Shown piece by piece: positions 24,113-35,489 of a stretch of DNA of 64,000 nt (position 1 is the first letter of the stretch; every line of letters begins with the position of its first letter). The notes beneath the pieces were generated by a model. The model did no database searches, was not told the DNA's origin, and saw nothing but the letters and a program-made list of their open reading frames with translations. This DNA is from Podarcis gaigeae (lineage: Eukaryota). The stretch lies in NCBI GenBank assembly GCA_964106915.2, contig OZ066929.1; one strand, 5' to 3'. The position numbers were made by a program, and so were the translations under genes.

Positions 24113-27100
24113 GCACCTAATGCTCTCTTCAGATGTTACCAGGAGGTTCTGCTGAATGGAGCAGTTCTGCACTTTAGGCAACCCTCGCTAACACCTCTCC
24201 AGATATTACCTCTTTAGGTCTTTGCGGGCAGGAGTTGGAGCTGAAGTCAACTACTGCAGGCTTTTAAAAATGTGGCTCAACACAACTGTCTGGCAATTAT
24301 GCTTTGGTTTGTGCCCAGGCTTAAGTTGGCATTGTGAGACATGGCTAGTGACTTGGCCCTGACTCCTGACCAGCCAAACCCCATTATTAACAAGCTGTTG
24401 GCTCAGCACCCTACAAAAAGGGGCCTATTTGAAGAGGCCAGAGCACACAAGGCCTGCACTGTAGAGGCAGTTCAGCCTTGTGACATTTTGAGTAAATAGT
24501 CAGTGGTTTATCTTCATTACCAGAAGGAAAGGAAAAGATGCCCTGAGGGGTCATCTTGGATTTTAAAAGAGGTGGGTAATCAGGTTAAAATACTTTGTTT
24601 TTGTCCAACTGCACTGTAATCTAACTGCAATGCTTGATATAAAGGTGTGTTATCTCCCTCCCACCCACCCCAGCGCCGCCCCCATCTGGCTTTGCAACAT
24701 GCAATTGTCTTGTTTAATTTATACAGGGGAAAATAGTAAATCTGCAGGAGTGAGTTGCTGGCTGTTAGAGTTTCACTTGGGTATTTAAAATAATAGCACC
24801 TGACAGTTTACGAGTAGCTAAGAGGTTTTTTTCTGCTTCAGAAAGCAAAATATTGTATGAGTTGTGCAATGTGTATAAATAATCGGAGGAATTAAGCCAA
24901 CAGTGCCCAGTATGGTTCCAGAGTGAGAGAACGGAAAGAGCAGGAAAGTTCGCACGTGAGGTTGGGCAAATTTTAAATGCAGCATATATCTGTGTTGTTT
25001 GATCTCGTTCTTGTTCTTGGACTTTGTCTAAATTTTCAAACTATTGGGGGAGGGAGGTCACACTGTTAAATCCCTTCTTAGCTTTTAAAAGACAAACAAC
25101 AACAACAACAATCCTGAGCTAAGCAAATCAGCAGTGGTCAAAACAAAAGTGATCTTCAACAGCTCCTTATAGTGATGCTGAAATTAATATCGAATCATAG
25201 AACAGGTGAAATGGAAACCTTTTTTCTGGCCCGGTCAGCTGTTCCTAATGCATATTCTTTGCCCCACTGTGTCCTGCTGCAAGATGAGTACTTGTTTGCC
25301 ATCAGGAACAAACATATTTAAGTCTGCAAAGCACATCCTCTTCTGAATGTTATAAACTTGCAAACTGCTTTGTAATTTTGGGCTGTGCCAAAAAATGTCT
25401 TATTCTCGCTGCTGGAGATTATTTGGGGGTGGGAGTTCTGAACATCTGTCCTATAAAGTGGACTTTGTTCATCTTCTCTGGGCAAGATCAGGTGATATGT
25501 CAATTTAAATCAAAACAGTCGGGCAGTTATTTGCCCCCAGGTCACACCGAGTGGTGACCTGTCTACTCTGGGCATCTAATTTGGGCACTCATGCCTGAAA
25601 ATAAATTGTTGGGTGTAGCAGTTCCCAAGATGGGCATCATCTGGAAGGCCACACCTGAGATCACCTCTTCTGACTCTTCTCGTTCTTTTGGGCCAGAATT
25701 AGCTTGATGAGAAATGAGTTGGGTGTAACATCCTTTCCAGCATGCATCATCAGCAGTTGTGCATAGAAGTGTACATATTGAGGTGATACCTTCAGCAAAT
25801 CACCAGGATCCATTCTGGGAAATGGTCCTGTGGACATAAGCTCCAGTCATTTCATTGACCTGCCTTGAGCAAGATGGTATTGGGATTAGAGGGAAAACTT
25901 TGAATTTCTGTTCTTTCCAATTACCTTAAGCTTTCATTGTTTCAATATGGATATTAATTTTGATTTTCCTGCTGAAGTAGACAGAAGCAAACTGAGCAAT
26001 GCTGCATTGCTCATCCAGCAAAGCTTCATCTTCCCATGTTCAGGAGACGTATGCTCAGTTTGGTCCTCTTGCAGAGTAGCTGCAGGCTTGGACCCCTTCA
26101 TGTTTCAGAGTAAGCAAGTTTCATCCCACCGATCACCCAAGCCAGATTCCTCCAGCTGCTTGGCAGTCCCCCGCCCAAAGAGCAATGAAGCCTGGCAACC
26201 CTGATGGTTCAGCATTGAGCTTTAATGGAGGCTGCAGAGAGTTTGCTTTGTGTTGTTTTTTCTTTCCCGGTGCCTTATTTCACGGCTGTCACTATCTGTT
26301 CTGTACGTATTCGAAAAGATTAGCTTATTGACAGGCTCCTTGATTCAGTAGTAATAAACTCGTTGATTCCACAGAGCCCAAGATAGATCTGTACAATTAT
26401 CACCACGGTCAACATTCATTAATTGGGGGTGTAAGTGAATGGTGAATGTTACACTTAATGGCAGATGCTTCTTGGGCAAAGATGCACAGGGGCATGCCTG
26501 GGCTACAAACCTGAATACTGACTTTACTGTTATAGTTTCCACTCCAGGACCTAGAAATGATGATTCTGTAAGGGTGGGTCTAGAGTCAATTTTATTATTG
26601 TTATTATTTTTCATGAGATCTGGCGCTGGTGTGTGTGTGCGCGCGCTCCTGTAAACCACCCTGGTAATGTTGATTAAAGATCAGTCTAGAGATTCTTCAA
26701 GTTAATAATACTCATGCAAGGACAGGTCGCTATCCACTCTGTATTCCACAATCTCTCATTGTTGATCCTTTCCTAACTTGTTTTTGGAAACTCAATAGGT
26801 CCCACTTCCTTCTCTGAGCTGAATATGCCTTTCCATTGTTGAGTGGTTGAACAAAGTTCCCAGGAAGAAACTGGAGTACAGTTTTGATATATTTTATTGC
26901 AGAAATGCCATGGCTGTCTTTTTAAAATGAAAGATGTCATATAGATGCAGAGATAGATACACCACGATTAAGAGAGTTCATGGAGACACAAGGAAAATTG
27001 TGCAGGCAATATTCTATAACCATTTACTTAATAAGAAGTTAATTTTCCATGATTCTAGACAATTCAAGTCTATTGGGTAGCTGCCATTCACTAATGAAAC

Positions 27101-28084
27101 ACTTGTATAAATATTTCATAAGATAATTTTGGTTACTTGGACCTTAGCTTCCTTCTCTTTTGCATCAAATGCCTTCCACATACACACACTCCACAAAGTC
27201 TTTATAGGCCTGTCTGTAAAGAATAATATTGCATGTAACCTGCAAAATAAAAAATGCAGTTAGCTGCTTGATCCATTGATGTAGGGGTGGTGGTGGGGAA
27301 TTGGTGCCATGAAGGCAGGACTTGGGGACAGCAGGGCTGGTTTTACCACATCTTTAAGACATCCGGATCCCCTGCAATAAGTCTTATTAGCTCTAAAATA
27401 ACTGGAGGGAGGGGAAAGCCTACAGAATCAAGTTGAAACTGTTCTTTCTGATTCAGCCATCTGTTGAGGTGGCAAGTGACAGCAAGTTGTAATATGGGGT
27501 TTTAAGAGCAGCAGTTGCTAGTCAAGGAGAGCACAGATCAATGCGCCAACATCAAATGCTGCTTCTGCATGACATCTGTCAGAAGAAACTGTTGCTTCCC
27601 CCTCTTCCCCAGCTATAAGTGGCTGATGGTGCTCTTGTCTCTCTACTTGAGTAATTGCCCATCACGGCTCTTTCTCTCTGTCCATTAACTAAACTACCAC
27701 CTTTCCCCCCATAACCATCCCTGCTGAAGGTGCTCAATGACAATTTCTCCGCCCCAACTCTCTGCTCGCATTGCCTGGGCCAGGATATGGGCATAAAGGG
27801 CCTAGTCATGTCTGCTTGCTCCAATTCAGTTGATGTACTTAGACACATAGCAAACACCAAAGTGCTCTAGGCTCTCCTGCTTTTATGCCATTGGCATCCT
27901 TTTAAATGACTACACCAGAGAGACAGCATTTACTTGCATCTTATTTAAAGTATATGCTTTAGTAGCAGATGATAGTGCAGCATTAGAGAAGCAAGATTAT
28001 CTGTCATGGGACTTGATTGGGAGTTGGTAGCAGATTTCTAAACTGCGCAGTTTTGGGGAGCTTGATGTGAGCCAGATTTTAGAG

Positions 28085-28200
28085 CAGGGATGGTGACCCT
28101 GTTACCCTCCTGTAAGCCACCGTCAGCATGGCCAGTAGTTAACAGGCAAGGTGAGATGTAATCCAACAACTTATTGAGAGCCACAGGTTCCCCATGCCTG
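28085..28200. mobile_element. Short hAT (Charlie-like) MITE
   Basis: cagggatggtgaccct...aggttccccatgcctg TIR-like ends; flanks ttttagag / gtttatag (6/8 TSD). Confidence 0.6.
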
Positions 28201-29825
28201 GTTTATAGCATTAAAACAGGGGCTGGGAAATTGCTCAAATCACACCTCTAGCTGTGGGTTCCTGTGGAGAGTCTTGGGCAATGTCCCCACATCATTTCTT
28301 TGTTCCCAGTTAGTAAACTGAAAGAGCTCTCTCTATACCAGACAAAAATTATTAATATTGAGTAGCATTGCAAGTAGTTATTTATTACAGTTTTTTTTTA
28401 TACCCTCCCTTTCAGAGCACAAATCCTTCCACTGTAGTAACACCAGAAACACATTAAAAACCATAATAAGTCGTATAAGCATATAAAAGTAATGAGGATC
28501 CTTCCCACCGGACACTTCCTGTGGGGAATTGAGGTTCTTAGCAGTTGGGCTGGTGCTTTGGAAACTCCTGCAATGACAATTGCTCTCCCTAGTTTAGTGA
28601 AGGGCACATCTGAATACATGGGAGAGGGGTTGAAAGATGTCAACTTAACTTTTTTTAAAGGGTTGTTTTTAAAATCGCTTTCGACCCAAGACTAGCAGGC
28701 TTTTAGGGAGCCTGACTGATGCTCTGCTTCTTGGCAGGAGAAATTGTGGAAGGGCCTGTCATAAGGAGGAGTTACTCAGTCACTGGGCTCTGCCTTGTAG
28801 CTCATAGAAGTGGTATCCCAAAGGATAGTGACACCCTGCTTGACTTACTCAAGAGCAGGAATTCCCCAGTAGTATAAAATCCCTGTTTTCTCCCTGAGCA
28901 GTACTGATTAAAGACAGTGTAGCACCCCCCTTTCTTTTTAAAAACTGCCTTAGGAAGTAAACATTAAATAAAGCAAAGCCCATTACTTGAACTTTGTCAG
29001 AGAGTAAATTATATTTGTTTGATCAGAGAGAGGAAATGGGACATATTTATTAACTCTTAAGTTTGTTGTTGTTTTTAATTTTGCAGCAAATGCTACTTTT
29101 CTGTCTACCCTCACCACAGTTTCGAACTGCTGAGACTTTTGAGAGCATTTAGTAATGCCCTGATATTTGATGCTCTTAATTAGTTTGGATTAATCAGCTC
29201 TTGCGAGCTGCCATATCGAGCCATGTGGGGATAACTGTTTTTTTGTGGTTGTGCTTTGCCTTTTACAAAGGAACATTTTGCACTGGTAAATGCTTTTATT
29301 TTGTTCAGCGGAAAAGCTTCTTTGTAGTGCTCAAGAGCTGGGGTGGAGAGACCTGCCTGTAGAACATCTGGGCCATCCCTCAGGAGCCCCCATGACTTCT
29401 CCTTGCTTGGCAAAAACTGCAGGTAGCCATGTTGGGAGACATAATCACAGAGTAACAAGAGAGTGCCTTTATTTGGGACAAGCGAAAAAGGCACAAGGAA
29501 GCTGATCCATAAAGAAAGTGTCAAAACTCTTCATCAGGCTATGGCAGGGGGACGGGACAGAAAGGGGTGGGGAGGGGATGTGTTTGATGGACCTTAATCT
29601 TCCTACACATCTGAAGTTTGTAACAGCCTTAACATGGAGTAAAAAAAGACATTAGGTTTGACCAGCCTTAATAAAACAGACAAACACACACAATTGAACC
29701 AAAGGTTACTGAGAGAAAGGCAATGGCCAGTTTCTTTTTGAAAATGTGAAAACTGCAGCGACTTGAGTTCTGACTCCAGTACTTCATGTTTAGAGGCAGA
29801 GACAGCATGCCACTGAATACCATTA

Positions 29826-30066
29826 CAGTGATACCTCTGGTTACGAACTTAATTTGTTCAGGAGGTCCGTTCTTAAGCTGAAACTGTTCTTATCCTGAGG
29901 CGCACTTTCGCTAACGGGGCCTCCCGCTGTGCACGTGCCTCCGGTGCACAATTTCCGTTCACATCCTGGGGCAAAGTTCGCAACCAGGAGCAGCTACTTC
30001 AGGTTAGCGGAGCTCGTAACTTGAAGCGTTTGTAACCAGAAGTGTTCGTAACCAGAGGTGCCACTG
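29826..30066 (-). mobile_element. Tc1/mariner (Tigger-like) MITE, opposite orientation to the 32729 and 60939 copies
   Basis: ta|cagtgatacctctggttacgaac ... gttcgtaaccagaggtgccactg TIRs; body is the reverse complement of the 32729 copy. Confidence 0.85.
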
Positions 30067-30642
30067 TCCTTTCCTTTTGTGTGGGCTTCCTGGAGGGAAA
30101 TGGTGGCTGTTGTGGGAGGCAGGGTACTGGACAAGATTGATGTTTTGTAAGAGGAATGTATATAAATACTTCTATAAATAAAAAAGATGCTTCATTTATT
30201 TCACATCTCTCTTTAAAGGCGTGTGTGCATACATGCACTCTTCTTGGTTACACACTCCTTGTAATGAATCAAAACCAAGACAAATGGGATTAACTCCTGG
30301 ACTATATTTTGCAAACTGCTTCCAAATCTTGCTAGAGTTTCATTAGGGCTTCATGGGCCAATATGGCGGGGGGAATGAGAGAGATCAGTTTGCTTAACCT
30401 CTGGTTTTCATGCCAGGTACCTTGACTTCTTTTTCCTCCCTTGATGGGAAGGCACAAGAAGCTTGTGTCTTGATGGAACAGACACCCGTGAGAAAGTCAA
30501 TTCTTTTTAGCTTTTGCATATTCAGATGCCTACTGGTTTCTCTTCAGGCTGTTGTGCTTAGATTTCAGGGGCATTAATGGGACTGACTGAATGAATAACC
30601 GCATTCTAACTCTCAGCCCCTTTACCTGGCAATGATATGATA

Positions 30643-30647
<5 letters not shown>

Positions 30648-30695
<48 letters not shown>
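30648..30695. repeat. (CT)n(GT)n microsatellite
   Basis: Direct reading. Confidence 0.95.
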
Positions 30696-30696
<1 letters not shown>

Positions 30697-31498
30697 TTTA
30701 AAAAGTTTTTTTTCTTCTAATAACTCAGCCTTATTCATATTGACCCCTAAACTCCCCCCTTTCCTGTCAACTTACATGTTTTATTTTGTAGAGGCGTTGA
30801 TAGAATTTCTCTTTCCTTGCTGCACTTTATCTGTTCAGGGGGTATTGAGTAGTGCCATTGTGTCACTTGGCTGCTGAGGAAAGAGGCTATTCTTCTGTGA
30901 CAATGGGTGCCCTACAAAAAAAATATCACGTGGGGTGGGGCAAACTTAGAAAGGGCTGAGGCAGAGATAAAATGTTCTGACCTTAGGAAGCACAACAAAA
31001 AGGATAACCAATTAGGCTTGGCTTGAAAGGGCATCCTGGCTTTAAAACATCCAGGGGTATCACCCACTGATAGGTACAAACAAAAAGCGGTGCTTGGGAG
31101 AACTTCGTCCAGCTCCACCCAGTATTATAACATCCCAGCTTTGTCTGTCTCTTTTTGTCTCTGCTGAAACCTTTCCCCCCTTCCTTTTTACTGGGCAGTT
31201 TTCAGAGCCTAATCCAAAATTCTTGTTTATTTTCCCACCGTCATCAGTCTGAGTTAATCAGAAATGTCATAACCCTGTCGTTTGCTCCTCAGTATGAATG
31301 CCCAAACTTTCATCTCATCATCCTGGCATATTTGAGCATTTTGTAGCTGTGCACTGCACACTGGGCATCCCATGGGAGTCCAGGCACCACGCCACCCCGG
31401 TCATACAAGGGATAGTGTTCACCACAGAGTGATAAAAGTGTTACAGTAGGGAAAGAACGAAAATTTTCCCTCTAAAGCAGGTCATAGCTCTGAAGGAG

Positions 31499-31512
31499 CC
31501 AGTAGGTGGCAG
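31499..31512 (+). promoter_or_regulatory. CTCF consensus motif
   Basis: CCAGTAGGTGGCAG matches CCASYAGRKGGCRS fully; binding not shown. Confidence 0.55.
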
Positions 31513-32540
31513 GGCCGATTCCACTCCCCATGGCAAGATTGTTCATGTATCAGTCTTCCAAGAATGGCAAGGCACGATGGTGTTATGCATGACAGCGTTT
31601 TAATGGAACAGTGTGGTAAAGTAGTTGCGATGTCACACTAGAACCAGAGAGAACTGGGCTTGGATCCTTATTCAGCCATAAACGTATACTTCTCCGTACT
31701 TTACAAGGTTGTTGTGAATATAAAACAGGAGAGGGGAACCATATGAACTGTATGGTGGGATACATTTTTTTAAAAAAATGCTTACTGCACCCCACAATCC
31801 ATACATTGGGATGTCCTGCATATACAGTTACAAATCAATATCTGAGGTATTAGGAATCTAATTTATGGTTCGGTAGGGGGGGAGAGCCTTTTTATTGTTG
31901 CCATTGTTAACCAATTGGAATTCAACAACAACAACAACCTCTGGCGTAAGTCCATCAAGTAAAATTAGATGAATGAATTTTCCAGTAGAGAGTGAGGAAT
32001 ATGTTAGTAATGAAGGCATTGGACAATTCCCTGCACCCAAACTTGCTCTTGCAAATGCATGTGTAATACTTTTATGAACCTGTTGCTCGGGTAGGCTGAA
32101 GTTTGGTGAGGGGGGAATTCATGTACCAACTGGCTTGTAGCACCGTCACCTAGGTTACAGCTAATGCGGAGATGACTGCGTCACCGTGTGTGGTGCTCTC
32201 CCCTTAGACAAAGAGCAGCTCCCTTGTCGACTGAGTTCCTTGCTGTTTGTTACCCTAGCGACAAAAGTAGCTTAAAGCAACTCTGTGAACAAAGGGACTT
32301 CAGAGTGTCTGCCTCCTGGGAACTCACGGAAACTTTTCGCCATCACGATGAGTTGGATCCGGTTCAAATCAGTTAATGATTCTATAAAGTGACCCGGGGT
32401 AGGGGCCAGGGGGCTGAACCCATCTGCCATCAGGGCCAGCGGGAGATGAGGCTGCCCGACTCTGGCTCCTCCTTCCCGAAACACACAGTCCATTTTAGCA
32501 GAATGAAGTGGCAGAGTCCTGCTGCAGGTGATAAAGCTAT

Positions 32541-32667
32541 ATAGAACTATAGAATTGTAGAGTTGGAAGGGACCCTGAGGATCATCTAATCTAACCCTTG
32601 GCAATGCAGGAATATGCAGCTGTCCCGTGCGGGAATCAAACCTGCAGCCTTGGTGTTGTCAGCACCA
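32541..32667 (-). mobile_element. SINE with tRNA-Ile-like head (5'-truncated) and CR1 tail
   Basis: Minus strand tggtgctgacaacaccaaggctgcaggtttgattcccg...cctgcattgcc...ggtcccttccaactctacaattctatag. Confidence 0.8.
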
Positions 32668-32728
32668 TTAAATGGTACAGGCAGCCTGAGTAGTTCAGTT
32701 CGTTAGTGGATGGTGCTGATACTACATA

Positions 32729-32954
32729 CAGTGGTACCTCAGGTTACATACGCTTCAGGTTACAGACTCCACTAACTCAAAAATAGTACCTTGGGTTAAG
32801 AACTTTGCTTCAGGATAAGAACAGAAATCGTGCAGCAGCAGCGCAACAATAGCGGGAGGCCCCATTAGCTAAAGTGGTGCTTCAGGTTAAGAACAGTTTC
32901 AGGTTAAGAACAGACCTCCGGAACAAATTAAGTACTTAACCCAAGGTACCACTG
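32729..32954 (+). mobile_element. Tc1/mariner (Tigger-like) MITE
   Basis: TA|cagtggtacctcaggtta ... ttaacccaaggtaccactg|TA; internal ttcaggttaagaac repeats. Confidence 0.9.
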
Positions 32955-34958
32955 TACTATCCTTCCTTTTACAACAGTGAGTCAAAGAGTACCTTTATAC
33001 ACAATGAGGGGCAGGAAAGGATCTCTCCCGACCAATAATTTTTAAGAATTGCATCTCCTTTAAATGCAGATGATAAAATGTTTTGTAGACCCATAGTTCA
33101 CAACTTTCTGAGCCTTTCAAGCACTGTTGATGATCAAACAAAGTTGTTGCTGATCTACAAAGCTAAATAAAGCATGACATCCATTCAAGCGGCTTTTATT
33201 TATTGCCATCCTGGTTTGTTTGTTTTTTAAATCAGATTCCTTATTAAATCTCCATTTGGTTAAGACTATTATTTTGACTTGCTTCACTTCCAGACAAATT
33301 CTTTTGGACATTTCTTTTAAGGGCACAGTATTATGCCAGTGAAACGTCCTGAAAACTCTACAGGGACAGTACGTGGTGATAGTGGGAATGAGTGATGTGG
33401 TTGAAAATAATTCAGAGTACTGTTTTATCTTTCTGAAAGCAGTACTTTCAGAAAGAGTGTTGAACCTAGGTGTGGCTGTGCAGATTAAAGGTAGGTGGAA
33501 TAAATCATGCAAATAATGACAGAACTTGAAAGCCATTTTTTGTCACACTTGGATACATTTAGTCAGTCAAGACCCTTCTCTTCTCTGAAGTGGAAATGCC
33601 AGAACCAATGCAAATGTAGCCTCCCGCTCCCCCTTCCCCACAATCTCCTGTGGCTTTTCAAAAGGGCTTTTGAATACCTTTGTGGCTGATCAGGTTTCTG
33701 CCTTGGACACCCTGTTGGAACCTCTGAAGGTTCAGTGGCTTTCCCCAAGGAAGGTCAGGGCTTTATATTTTCAGCTGAGTCTGTGGGTGTGTCTCTTATG
33801 TTCCCCCAGCTGCTGTGGTAGATTGGTGAGGGGGTCAGAGAAGTGGGGGGGGGCTTCAATTTCAGGAGGGGTTTTTTGGACAAATAGGCTTTTGAGCTGG
33901 GCAATACTGTGTATGGTATCAGTTTTATTACCGTTTTTTTTTGGGGGGGGGATTAAGTTCCTAATGGTTGTACTTATTTGCTTCCCCGCAGCTCCCCTGA
34001 AGGTAGGGACTGTTGGTGAGGTGAGCTGGCAGGGAGCTATCTTGAGTTGTATCCAATGTCTGTCTACCTTTAAGTTAAAGTCACTTATTTGTTGCGCTGG
34101 CAGAATGTTGTTGCACAAGGGAAAACACAAGTAGCATTACAAAGATTGTGGCACAATGTATTGTACAACTAGAATAAGCTGTTGCACTACTTTTTCCTCT
34201 GTTACCTTTTTTTGGGTGTCTACACGTTATTGTGTAGTAACAACAACAACAACAATACCAGCTGTTATACAACAAGCTTCCGCTAGCACACCTGTTGTGT
34301 TGGAGTCCTTTCTTGTGCAGCCTGCCATTTGCAAGTGCAAGGGCTCATGCATTAGCAGACAGAGCAGGTTGGATACAGGCCCCTGTTCAGCAGTAGCCTT
34401 CTTTTAAAATTGGAACTCTACTTGGATCCCACTCATAAAGCTGTCACAGGGTTGGATCCAACATAACCCACGATACAGGAACTGTCTGGGGCCAATGGGA
34501 AAACCCATGGTGATGCTGGACCTCTTGGGATGCACTTCTTTTGGATGCACCTCTGCTGCTGTTGCCTTGAATCTCAGATACCAGTGTACTAAAACACTGA
34601 AAATGCACATTCATATATTTGTAGGACAATATGCAAAAGTTTTTATCAAAAGTCAATTACTGCAGATACAACTGTTGCCCCTTTTGAAGTTAAACCATGC
34701 ATAGGTATGCTAATAATAACAATGGATTTGGTATTATCTACATTAAGATTTAATACTATGCACTCCTTTCTTATGTCCTCATCTATAAATGCTCTCTTTT
34801 CTTTTTGTAATCAATTGTATGCATGTATGCAAATATTTATATTTTTCTGATGTCATGCAAAGGAAAAGTGGCTTTGGGGACCATCAGCTGATTTCTGGTA
34901 TAACTTTAAGCACTTTTTTTGAAGACCTTTAAACCAAACTTCTTGTTGTGTCTTGCAG

Positions 34959-35007
34959 GTAGAGGATGCCATGCTTATGTTTGACAAGACTACCAACAGA
35001 CATAGAG
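34959..35007 (+). CDS. MSI2: Internal coding exon (49 nt, phase 0 to phase 1) of Musashi RNA-binding protein, RRM2 region; most likely Musashi-2
   Basis: Acceptor cttcttgttgtgtcttgcag | GTA GAG GAT GCC ATG CTT ATG TTT GAC AAG ACT ACC AAC AGA CAT AGA G | gtaagt donor. Translates VEDAMLMFDKTTNRHR-G, the Musashi RRM2 segment just before RNP1 (RGFGFV). MSI1 and MSI2 are near-identical here; MSI2 is inferred from the very large flanking introns. Confidence 0.93.
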
Positions 35008-35264
35008 GTAAGTTGGGGAAACAATCCCCAGGTCTGATGCTACTTTTTCACATTGGTTGGATATTTTGTGTTTAAATGAGGAGTGTGTTGTGAATGGCTT
35101 TCTGGGCCAAAGGATAGTTTAATTCCCCAAACAACAAGAGTTCCCCTCAGTTGGAGAAGCACCAATCTAGCTGTGAAGTTGTGAATCTTTCTCTCCCAGT
35201 GACCAAGATTTCGCAGTGATAATAGTTGGCGTCAGGTGTTTCAAGAGGTTTTTGAAGTTATAAA

Positions 35265-35489
35265 ATCATAGAATTGGAAGGGACCCTGTGGATCATTTAG
35301 TCCAGCCACCTGCAGTGCAGGAATCTCAACTCAGCATGCATGACAGATGGCCATCCAGCCCCTGCTTAGAAACCTCGAGAATCCACCACCTCCCAAGGGA
35401 GACCATTCAACTGTCAAACAGCTCTCCCTGTCAGAATGTTCTTTCTGATGTTTAGTTGGAATCTCCTTTCTTATAGCTTGAATCCATTG
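35265..35489 (-). mobile_element. CR1 LINE 3' fragment
   Basis: atcatagaattggaagggacc...catgacagatggccatccagc...gttctttctgatgtttagttggaatctcct (minus strand RRFQLNIRKN). Confidence 0.85.

Larger units (their letters stand above)
1..34958 (+). other. MSI2: Large intron upstream of the Musashi exon (5' end outside window)
   Basis: No other Musashi-coding exon recognised; ends in a pyrimidine tract and CAG at 34956-34958. Confidence 0.8.

Noticed and set aside
34959-35007. Assignment to MSI1
   Set aside because: The peptide does not discriminate, but MSI1 is compact in amniotes and neighbouring exons would fall inside this window; not formally excluded.
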